From a virus: a stretch of 63,515 bases of DNA. Made by a program: the position numbers and the translations under genes. How positions within the stretch are numbered: the first letter of the stretch is position 1; every line of letters starts with the position of its first letter. The notes under the pieces were generated by a model that searched no databases, was not told where the DNA came from, and saw nothing but the letters and a program-made list of their open reading frames with translations. Of this stretch, positions 8,826-16,181 are shown piece by piece. The stretch is from positions 1-63,515 of the IMG/VR virus record IMGVR_UViG_3300029258_001393. One strand, 5' to 3'.

Positions 8826-9344
8826 CTATTTGGTGGCTTTTTCCTGTAAATTTTCCACCCCATACCCAAAAATGTCATTATTATTTCTATTCGCATGAGC
8901 TTGTGTAAAGGTTGTCCCGTTTTGTTTCGCCTTTTGAACATCTCCCCTAATCTTTTGCCCAACAATCTCTCTTTCAACCCCTGCCGCCTTATCAATCGCC
9001 TTTGAAATATTATGCGATTTCGGAAATCCAGAACCATAAAGCCACATCATACAATCCCTGATTTCCCATCCTGCATCTTCAATGGCACACATTAATCTGT
9101 GGTGGGTACGGGTTCCACCAAAGGCTAAGAGAAATCCACCAGGCTTGATTATCCGAATGGCGTTTTTCCAAGTTTCAATTTGAAAAGCTACGCCGGAAGC
9201 ATCCCATTTCTTACCCATAAAGCCTAACTCATATGGTGGGTCAGTTATAATGCAAGTGAAATGATTGTCTGGAAACGATTTCATAACTTCGTTGCAATCA
9301 CCCTGATAAATTATTCCTTCTGACTGTTGGAAATACGGTCTAAT
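8826..9344 (-). CDS. N6/N4 DNA methyltransferase N-terminal half (motif IV DPPY only), probable ATT start
   Basis: IIYQGDCNEV-MKSFPDNHFTCIITDPPY...FGGTRTHHRL...GSGFPKS. No FxGxG AdoMet motif before TAG 8826-8828. The conserved IYQGDC lies upstream of the first ATG (9284). Confidence 0.65.
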   Translation of the reverse strand: MRPYFQQSEGIIYQGDCNEVMKSFPDNHFTCIITDPPYELGFMGKKWDASGVAFQIETWKNAIRIIKPGGFLLAFGGTRTHHRLMCAIEDAGWEIRDCMMWLYGSGFPKSHNISKAIDKAAGVEREIVGQKIRGDVQKAKQNGTTFTQAHANRNNNDIFGYGVENLQEKATK

Positions 9345-9552
9345 CTTTCCTCCCCCCTCCCATATGCGCCATCAATTTCCCGATCAACCATTTTAATGTT
9401 TATGAATTGTTTATTGACCCCTTTGCAGACCCTTGATATACGGGATGCAATGCGGGGGTTCAACCCGTCATTTCTTAGAACTTATCCATTAAATTTCAGT
9501 ATCTTATCTTGTTCAGATACCCCATTTTGGTTTATGAAAGGTTTATGAAGGA

Positions 9553-10203
9553 TTAATGCCATAATTTTAACTGCTTTGTTTCTTCTTCTTCTTTAAATGC
9601 AACCTCATCCATTTCTAAATATCTTTTATATAATTCTGAAAAATGCAACCTTAGTTTATCAATTCGTTTTTGACCTGCTTTGGGACAACAAAAACATGAC
9701 ACTCGACTAAAAACTTTATAAAGTCCATCCCAATCATACCCAAGAGAATAGCAATATTTTAGAGTGTCTTTTTCACTAAACCCGTATTCAATCAGCGGGA
9801 ATCTAACGGGCCATTTTCTATTAGTTATAGATGGTTGTTTTGTTCGGTGTGTCTCATCGGTTGTAAACCCGATACATTCAATCGTGCCTTTCAATGCCCT
9901 AAATATCTTTTTGCAATTATCTCTTTTTGAAGCAGCACACCATCCACCTTTTGAGTGAGGCCAACCATACCGAGCTAACAATTCACCAAAATGTCGATAG
10001 TTGCGAATCCGAATTGTTTTTATGCCAGTATTTTTTTCGACCTTCTGAATATGCGCTTCCATTTGGGGAAAATCCCATCCGGTTTCAAAATATATAACAT
10101 GGGAAATGGGTTCATTTTTTTCGATCATTAAATGAATCATGGCTGTTGAATCCTTGCCGAATGATGAACTAACAATTACACATTTTTTGCAATACGGTTT
10201 AAT
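9553..10203 (-). CDS. PAPS-reductase-family PP-loop ATP-pyrophosphatase (paralog 2), probable ATT start
   Basis: The PP-loop SFGKDS is encoded upstream of the first ATG (10140). YFETGWDFPQ, GFTTDETHR, SCFCCP. GGAGG sits 7 nt before ATT 10203. Confidence 0.75.
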   Translation of the reverse strand: MKPYCKKCVIVSSSFGKDSTAMIHLMIEKNEPISHVIYFETGWDFPQMEAHIQKVEKNTGIKTIRIRNYRHFGELLARYGWPHSKGGWCAASKRDNCKKIFRALKGTIECIGFTTDETHRTKQPSITNRKWPVRFPLIEYGFSEKDTLKYCYSLGYDWDGLYKVFSRVSCFCCPKAGQKRIDKLRLHFSELYKRYLEMDEVAFKEEEETKQLKLWH

Positions 10204-11246
10204 TCCACAACCTCCCCTGACAACTCTTTAATTTTCTCCGTAACCTTCAAAGCCCTTGCCTGCTTACCCTGAAAATACCTCTCAAACGCTGCTGAGACAT
10301 GCCCTGTTGCGTCTTTAACCTGTTCGGGGGTGCATATCCTACCCAAAGCCGTAACGGTGCTGTGGCGTGTTCCACCGTACAAATCAACCCCTTCAATGCC
10401 GAGGTTATGACAGGCACGTTTCCAGAATTTATAGAGATAACCTGGGCCGAATCTGGATCCGTTCTTTACTCCCTTACTATGGCAATGCCGAAAAAAGTAG
10501 AGATCGGGCATTGACGTAGGGAAAGTATTGAGGTGCTGTATATCTTCTTGTAAAAGGTAAATAATTTTGGGTGTTTTTTCCTTTGGATCGGGTATAAGAA
10601 TACCGCCCATCCCAAGACTAATTTGTTTTTCCCGTATGGATATAAGCTCCCCTGGACGCACAGAAACGTATGTTGAAAGAAACTTAATCCCGAGCCAAAT
10701 CTTGGGATTAATGCTATACGATATTTTCCGCACCTCACTAATAATGCTCTGTTGTGTTCCAACATCAATTATATTCCTCCATCCCAAAGTATAGGGCACT
10801 TCCGGTATATCCGGCATAGGGATTCTTTCACGCTTCGATACCCACTTAAAAAACTCTGACAGGCATATTTTGATATTGTGCCGGGTCTTGTCGGATATCC
10901 CTTCAATGCCATAAAGAAAGTCTTCAATCGTGCCAAAATTAATATCTTTGACGTTCTTCCCTTGCCATTTTCCAGCCGCCCTTGCCATGTAGTTCTTTAG
11001 GTTGCTGTAATATCGAGGTCGTACCTGTTTTTCTTTAACCTCAAGCCACTTCTTAGCCAGATTCTCAAAGCCAAGCGGATTGATTTTTTGCCAGTCTCTT
11101 GGGTCAAACGTGCCGTTGTCCGTTTGAACCCTAATGTAATTAAGAAACCTCTCAGCGTCTATTAAGTGCTTGAATGATTTGGTTAATTTACGACCAAACC
11201 GAACCTGATACCCACCCCTGTAATTTGGATATATTCGTCCTTTCAT
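10176..11246 (-). CDS. int: tyrosine recombinase (phage integrase)
   Basis: C-terminal catalytic signature LYGGTRHSTVTALG and ATGHVSAAFERYF. ATG 11246 has an AGGGGGGA SD. The longer track ORF is an unsupported extension. Confidence 0.85.
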   Translation of the reverse strand: MKGRIYPNYRGGYQVRFGRKLTKSFKHLIDAERFLNYIRVQTDNGTFDPRDWQKINPLGFENLAKKWLEVKEKQVRPRYYSNLKNYMARAAGKWQGKNVKDINFGTIEDFLYGIEGISDKTRHNIKICLSEFFKWVSKRERIPMPDIPEVPYTLGWRNIIDVGTQQSIISEVRKISYSINPKIWLGIKFLSTYVSVRPGELISIREKQISLGMGGILIPDPKEKTPKIIYLLQEDIQHLNTFPTSMPDLYFFRHCHSKGVKNGSRFGPGYLYKFWKRACHNLGIEGVDLYGGTRHSTVTALGRICTPEQVKDATGHVSAAFERYFQGKQARALKVTEKIKELSGEVVELNRIAKNV

Positions 11247-11283
11247 ACACAGATCCCCCCTTTGATTTGAGTCTAAGAGGGTA

Positions 11284-11526
11284 TCATATATCGTATTTGG
11301 GCGTGGTGTCAAATTTAGTCCTCTTCTTTTTATTTGCAAACCGACCAACCTCCCCAGTCAGCCGGCTTACAGTGCCGTCTTGCTCCCCTTTCTGTAAAAT
11401 CATCAACCCGGGCCTGTTATGGGTTAGGCGATAAGAAGGTTGATGCCCGCCTTTTCGAGGGGGCTTGGTATCAACTCGGCTTGCGATAGCGGTATCTCCG
11501 GCCATACCGTTAATTCGCAGGGTCAC
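11284..11526 (-). CDS. small basic protein upstream of int (possible directionality factor)
   Basis: GTG start overlaps the upstream stop (GTGA). Lys/Arg-rich. No recognisable HTH. Confidence 0.35.
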   Translation of the reverse strand: MTLRINGMAGDTAIASRVDTKPPRKGGHQPSYRLTHNRPGLMILQKGEQDGTVSRLTGEVGRFANKKKRTKFDTTPKYDI

Positions 11527-11708
11527 GGACGGCGCGCCCGTTGGAGGTGCGGGTTGAAAAATCGTTTATACCAAGGCTCTTTTTGCTCAAATATCGCTGT
11601 TTTATAAGCATGGAAATTTGACCGGATGGTATCAATCCGGCCTTTTTGCCTGGGTGCGAATACGGCGTTCTCTAAGGTTTCGAGCTTTGCTATTTGATCG
11701 GGGGTCAT
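11523..11708 (-). CDS. hypothetical protein (61 aa)
   Basis: AAGGAG SD. Packed between the MTase and the 11526 ORF. Confidence 0.5.
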   Translation of the reverse strand: MTPDQIAKLETLENAVFAPRQKGRIDTIRSNFHAYKTAIFEQKEPWYKRFFNPHLQRARRP

Positions 11709-11716
11709 GTTGCTCC

Positions 11717-12574
11717 TTAGTTGAATAATTTTAACTGACGTGTTTCCTTTTCAATTCTCGGTATTCCTATATCGTCAATATAAACCCTGGATAGTTCAAT
11801 CATGATAAATTTTCGACTATACTTATGCGCTACGATTGCCGTTGTCATTGCCCCGCCGAAGGGGTCAAGTACAACCTTTCCTTTTGGACATCCGGCAAGG
11901 ATAGCTACTTCTGGCAACCTCGGCGGAAATGTGGCAAAATGCGCTTCAGAAAATCCCTTCGGGTTAATGTCCAGCCCCACAAGCTCATCATCGGCAAAGA
12001 TCGCCCCGAATGGCGGTTCAAGAGATTCAAAGAATAGGTCGGTGTTGCGGAAGTTGCGGCCCAAAGGATTGTATTCACGGTGTTTATCAAGTGATACTTT
12101 TCCACCAGACCAACCTTGATTATTCTGTCTCGGTCCAATTCCATCTTTACCCTTAAAACCGTTTGGCCTGTTTAAATCTTTATGCTTTACCCGTATCGCC
12201 TCCATATCAAAATAATATTTGGCCGATTTCGTAAGCAAAAAAACATACTCCAAGGCACTCGCCGGACGGTCCGAGCAACTTTCTGGCATGGCGGATTTTT
12301 TTACCCAGGGAATTCCAGACCGCAAATACCAACCATCGGCTTGAAGCGCAAGGGCTACACGCCAGGGGATTCCGCATAGGTCTTTGGGTTTGAGGCCCAT
12401 TGGAGCCTTTCTTGATTTTCCGCTTGCCTGACCCCTATTCCTAAAATTACCGCTTTTATCAACAGTATTCTCAACCTGTGGCCCTGCTTGACTTGCATAA
12501 CTATCGCCCATATTCAACCAAAGCGTTCCATCATCCCTCAACACCCTGCGGACCTCTCGGAAGATTTCAACCAT
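11717..12574 (-). CDS. N6/N4 DNA methyltransferase, C-terminal 285-codon ORF (motif I present; catalytic motif IV lies upstream of an in-frame TAG)
   Basis: DGTLWLNMGDSY, SGIPWVKK, HFATFP, VLDPFGGAMTTA. The frame continues upstream to GTG 12940 with a single TAG at 12815-12817. Confidence 0.85.
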   Translation of the reverse strand: MVEIFREVRRVLRDDGTLWLNMGDSYASQAGPQVENTVDKSGNFRNRGQASGKSRKAPMGLKPKDLCGIPWRVALALQADGWYLRSGIPWVKKSAMPESCSDRPASALEYVFLLTKSAKYYFDMEAIRVKHKDLNRPNGFKGKDGIGPRQNNQGWSGGKVSLDKHREYNPLGRNFRNTDLFFESLEPPFGAIFADDELVGLDINPKGFSEAHFATFPPRLPEVAILAGCPKGKVVLDPFGGAMTTAIVAHKYSRKFIMIELSRVYIDDIGIPRIEKETRQLKLFN

Positions 12575-12814
12575 GTGTTTAATAAATAATTCCGGTGTGG
12601 GTTCGAGTCCGAGACAACCACGCCATGCTCCGCAGAGTTGGCAGAATTGGGTTTTAACAAGTTCGCAATTTACTCCTTTGTTTGTTGCCTGCTTACTATT
12701 TTTGTTTTTTACATCATCGGGGTGCCGTTGCCGCCTTGGATCACATTCCCCCCAAACATGCTGACAATCTGAATCACCATCCCAAATTGTCGGCGGTAGG
12801 CCATAATCTCTCAG

Positions 12815-12940
12815 CTAAAGGCCCCAGTAGGGTGGGCTTGTGATTACACAATGCACACTCTCTGAGGCCATCTCCTTCAGCACGTCTAAAACATGCCCTT
12901 GATAAATCTTATTTCCGTCTTGTTGCCAGTATGTTTTCAC
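12815..12940 (-). CDS. N-terminal 41 codons of the same methyltransferase (contains SPPY), ending at the in-frame TAG
   Basis: GTG 12940 with an AGAGG SD. Translation is KTYWQQDGNKIYQGHVLDVLKEMASESVHCVITSPPYWGL-TAG. Confidence 0.6.
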   Translation of the reverse strand: MKTYWQQDGNKIYQGHVLDVLKEMASESVHCVITSPPYWGL

Positions 12941-12969
12941 TAATTTACCTCTATCCCGGTTCCGTTAAA

Positions 12970-13353
12970 TTAAAGCGATAATGCCATTTGCTTCTCATTA
13001 ACGATTACCGGGTCTGTCTTAACCTTCGTTTGTGGCAACGGATAATATGATAACTCGGTTATGACACCGACGACCTCTAAATTTCCACTTAGGTTAACCT
13101 TGACCGATATCCCAAGTTTGCAATCACTGTTTTCGTAGGCCCGAACAATTCTCTCCCAATCGGTTTCAATAATGTTGCTTACTTCCGCTACTACCATGTT
13201 TTTAGTTTTATCCATTGACATGCTCCTTAGATTTTTGTTTGCACATTCAAGGCAAATTCCATATTCTCCACCCTTAGCCTTGCAAGCACCCGGCTTCCCG
13301 CATTGCTTACATTTCACATCTTGGTTGATTGTCATATTATAGACTTTTCCCAT
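12970..13353 (-). CDS. Zn-ribbon protein (127 aa)
   Basis: CKQCGKPGAC...CLEC four-Cys motif at the N-terminus. Confidence 0.55.
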   Translation of the reverse strand: MGKVYNMTINQDVKCKQCGKPGACKAKGGEYGICLECANKNLRSMSMDKTKNMVVAEVSNIIETDWERIVRAYENSDCKLGISVKVNLSGNLEVVGVITELSYYPLPQTKVKTDPVIVNEKQMALSL

Positions 13354-13365
13354 GATCGTCCTTTC

Positions 13366-14115
13366 TTACTGGCTCTTGGTGTTAGGAGACTCTCTTGCTA
13401 TCCAATTTGTTTTGGTTTTGTCGAAAAACGGCACCCCCGACTCTTGGCATTGCTCGTATAAATCTCTTATCCATTCGGGCTTGCATTCTCGTTTGCCGGG
13501 TCCAGTTTCGGGACCGACGATTACCCAGTCAAGGCCAACGCCAGGAGCACCCCAAAAATCATCAAGATCGACAGGTTCAAGCATCGGTTCAATACTTACA
13601 AACCGGACAGCGGCTGGAATTTGAAGCAAGGTAGGTATGCGCTCATCGGCACGTTTTTGATTTTCTGCGGTTACGCCGAGCCATATATTTGTCCATCTTG
13701 CAAAGTGTTCTGGGTGCGGAGAATTTGCAATTCGTTCGGGCCGCTTGGTGAGCAATAAATAAGTGTGTGGTTGTTTATTGAACAGCGCAGAAATTGGATA
13801 AAAGGCATCGTAAGCTATATTTGCAAAGATGCTATCAAGTTGTTTGTCGGTTACATTTTCGTGGAATAGATCCCCCATGGAACTAACAAAAATTTTCTTC
13901 GGTGTCTTTGGCAACTTATCAAACACGCTCATATCCACACCGATTTTCCCGGTCCATCCGTTCTTATCAACAACATCCTGATATTTCGGAACTCCCATAC
14001 ACTTCAACCGCCATGCCATTTTTTCGGCATAGCAGTTTTGACACCCGTCACTGATTTTTGAGCACCCCACAATCGGGTTTATGGTTTCGTCGCACCATTC
14101 TATTTTGGTTGGCAT
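13366..14115 (-). CDS. phage Gp37/Gp68 (DUF5131) family protein
   Basis: Characteristic N-terminus MPTKIEWCDETINPIVGCSKISDGCQNCYAEKMA, then LLTKRP and VSIEPMLEP. Confidence 0.8.
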   Translation of the reverse strand: MPTKIEWCDETINPIVGCSKISDGCQNCYAEKMAWRLKCMGVPKYQDVVDKNGWTGKIGVDMSVFDKLPKTPKKIFVSSMGDLFHENVTDKQLDSIFANIAYDAFYPISALFNKQPHTYLLLTKRPERIANSPHPEHFARWTNIWLGVTAENQKRADERIPTLLQIPAAVRFVSIEPMLEPVDLDDFWGAPGVGLDWVIVGPETGPGKRECKPEWIRDLYEQCQESGVPFFDKTKTNWIARESPNTKSQ

Positions 14116-14200
14116 TATCCCACCTTTTATTTCTTACTGTCTCTCTAATAATAATTTATATTTTTTGACATCGCACATGCCGATCAATCCGGCGTGATCC

Positions 14201-14521
14201 TCAAGTGCGTCTTGAATATACTCTTGCCTGTCTTTCTGATTTAATCCACCTCAATCCATGTTCCTCCAAAATATGACAGCGGTAACACAAAATTCTTGTA
14301 TTCTCCTCAGAATCATCGCCACCACTTCCCCTTGACTTGATATGGGCTAAATGAGCCGTATTGAATACCGTGTCACCGTCTAATCTGACCCACCTACCGC
14401 ACTCAGCGCATAGGCCATGTTGTTTTTTCCAGACTTTTTTTCTAAGGTTAGAGTAAGCCCTACCTGTTAGCTTGATTCTCTTCTTTTTGGGCATTGGCTT
14501 TGGCGTGGTATAGGAGTGCAT
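14201..14521 (-). CDS. HNH endonuclease
   Basis: CAECGRW...HLAHIKSRGSGGDDSEENTRILCYRCH. Confidence 0.8.
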   Translation of the reverse strand: MHSYTTPKPMPKKKRIKLTGRAYSNLRKKVWKKQHGLCAECGRWVRLDGDTVFNTAHLAHIKSRGSGGDDSEENTRILCYRCHILEEHGLRWIKSERQARVYSRRT

Positions 14522-14740
14522 TTATTTATACCATCCTTCTCCGTCACTGATAGCCTGCCCCTGTAATTTAGGGTTAAATATCCTATGCACTCTTGGTAAC
14601 ACATGATAATGATTAGGACGTAACAACAAATTATGCTTGCGGTCTTTCACTGTTGTACCGTCACAATTAACTCTCATGCCGTTTGGTTTAAAATATGCTG
14701 ACCTTTTAAAATTCTTAAATCTTGAGTGACTTCCGACCAT
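14522..14740 (-). CDS. hypothetical protein (72 aa)
   Basis: Abuts the HNH gene with no spacer. Basic. Confidence 0.45.
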   Translation of the reverse strand: MVGSHSRFKNFKRSAYFKPNGMRVNCDGTTVKDRKHNLLLRPNHYHVLPRVHRIFNPKLQGQAISDGEGWYK

Positions 14741-14762
14741 ACCCCCTCCTATGCTTTTATCC

Positions 14763-15224
14763 CTATGCGAACTCTAAAACTTGATTAACGATTTCATTCA
14801 CTTTGTCTTCTCCCCACTCTCCCATTATGGGTATGCGCTTCAAAATAACGTCAAGTATGTTTGAGTATAGCCCGTTAAATGTTTCCTGATCCATGCTACC
14901 AAATGACAACGAATCAGCCTCTACTCTTACCGAACCGTCTAACCTAATTACGTTATGATAATAACCGGCTAAAATAGTTAGGTCTTTTCGGAAGCGGTCA
15001 AAGTTCTTCTCTGGGGTTCCGTATTTAGAATTAACTTCACCAGGATTCCAGTAATCGAAAGCTAAGTTAAACAGGGCAAACAGCTTCCGGTGAAATGCAG
15101 CGTTTCGCATTTGCTTGAAATCTGAGTGAATGGTTGAGCCTAATTTGACTTTACGATACCACTCATCTGTCTTGGGATCTGCCGGAATAAAACCGCTAAG
15201 TGTTTTGGTTAGAATTATATGCAC
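14763..15224 (-). CDS. NinB/Orf-like (DUF1367-like) recombination mediator
   Basis: MRNAAFHRKLFALFNLA and SFGSMDQETFNGLY resemble lambda NinB motifs. Adjacent to the annealing protein. Confidence 0.4.
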   Translation of the reverse strand: MHIILTKTLSGFIPADPKTDEWYRKVKLGSTIHSDFKQMRNAAFHRKLFALFNLAFDYWNPGEVNSKYGTPEKNFDRFRKDLTILAGYYHNVIRLDGSVRVEADSLSFGSMDQETFNGLYSNILDVILKRIPIMGEWGEDKVNEIVNQVLEFA

Positions 15225-15270
15225 TTCCCTCCTTCACCGGATGCTCAAGTCTCCATATTTAAAACAAGTT

Positions 15271-16002
15271 TTAAAAAGCAATGTCCCTCCCGTCTTTTTT
15301 GTCTCGTTCAGATTGATACTCGCAGTATCGAGTAAAGACGCTTTCAAAATTATCTTCAGGTAACAGCAACTTTGCTATTTTCCAGTGTCGGGGTTCTATT
15401 TTTTCTTTATCAGCAACCCATTTGACCATGTCAACCAATTCAGCTTCGGTGAGTTCTTTGTCAGTCGCAATCTTTTTCATGTAATTCCATTGCTTCTGGC
15501 TGATTTGTTTTGAGGTTTGTTTGTTGGGTATCGTTACAGGGTCGGTATTTGGTTTGTTCGGTGCTTGATTTGGGGGGGGTGCATCTCGATACTTTGAACC
15601 ATCCCATCTTCCTGCATAGATATCTGCTGCCATGCCAAGCATCTTCATGGCAACTGACAAGGCATCAGTGACAGCCATTTTGTAGGCTTCATCGGAAACA
15701 TATGGACCGTGCTTTTCTTTGGCGACCATCATTGATCCGCCTATGCCGGGAATTGGCTCGCTCCATTCAGAACCTTTGACATAAAGATTTATTTGAGCAA
15801 AGGCGCAGACTTGTTCCCCCGCAGGTTCAAGCCAAAGTTTTACAATTTCATATTTCCAGTTTTGCCCGCACGGCCCGAATGTTTCGGTCATGGCTTGATA
15901 ACGCCATTGCGGGTTTACATCGGTCATGCCCTTTAATCGTCCACCGTTGATTTGCTTCAAGGCAGACTTGGGAGGTTGTTTTAATTTGTTCCATATCTCC
16001 AT
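15271..16002 (-). CDS. single-strand annealing protein (Rad52/Sak-like)
   Basis: GGRLKGMTDVNPQWRYQAMTETFGPCG and EAYKMAVTDALSVAMKMLGMAADIY. ATG 16002 has a GGAGGG SD. Confidence 0.6.
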   Translation of the reverse strand: MEIWNKLKQPPKSALKQINGGRLKGMTDVNPQWRYQAMTETFGPCGQNWKYEIVKLWLEPAGEQVCAFAQINLYVKGSEWSEPIPGIGGSMMVAKEKHGPYVSDEAYKMAVTDALSVAMKMLGMAADIYAGRWDGSKYRDAPPPNQAPNKPNTDPVTIPNKQTSKQISQKQWNYMKKIATDKELTEAELVDMVKWVADKEKIEPRHWKIAKLLLPEDNFESVFTRYCEYQSERDKKDGRDIAF

Positions 16003-16181
16003 TATGTCACCCTCCATTCATCCTCCATTTGTGCCGTTACTAAAATAGTGAATGTAAACTCCTTGTCGCAATGGGGGCAAGCTACATGCCGCTTTACTTC
16101 TAACCCAATGCAAGGGTTAAATGTTACCTCAAATCCGATGCAACAATTTTCACAGTAATAAATTAAACGACATTCTGACAT
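16002..16181 (-). CDS. Zn-ribbon mini-protein (59 aa)
   Basis: CENCC...CPHC. GGAGGG SD before ATG 16181. Confidence 0.5.
   Translation of the reverse strand: MSECRLIYYCENCCIGFEVTFNPCIGLEVKRHVACPHCDKEFTFTILVTAQMEDEWRVT

Noticed and set aside
9440-9480. A complete tRNA gene at the GGTTCAA T-arm-like sequence.
   Set aside because: Only a T-arm-like hairpin is present and no cloverleaf can be drawn. It is kept only as a possible attP core fragment.
10176-11348. N-terminal extensions offered by the track (int from 11348; 68..322; 18175..18426; 21758..22087; 39139..40104).
   Set aside because: Internal ATGs are preceded by strong GGAGG-type SDs and remove overlaps with upstream genes. The extensions have no SD and encode non-conserved sequence.
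12590-12625. tRNA-like GGGTTCGAGTCC...CCA string suggesting a tRNA gene or attP core.
   Set aside because: It is the reverse complement of the codons for the conserved methyltransferase peptide LGLEPTPE. No acceptor, D or anticodon arms can be folded around it.
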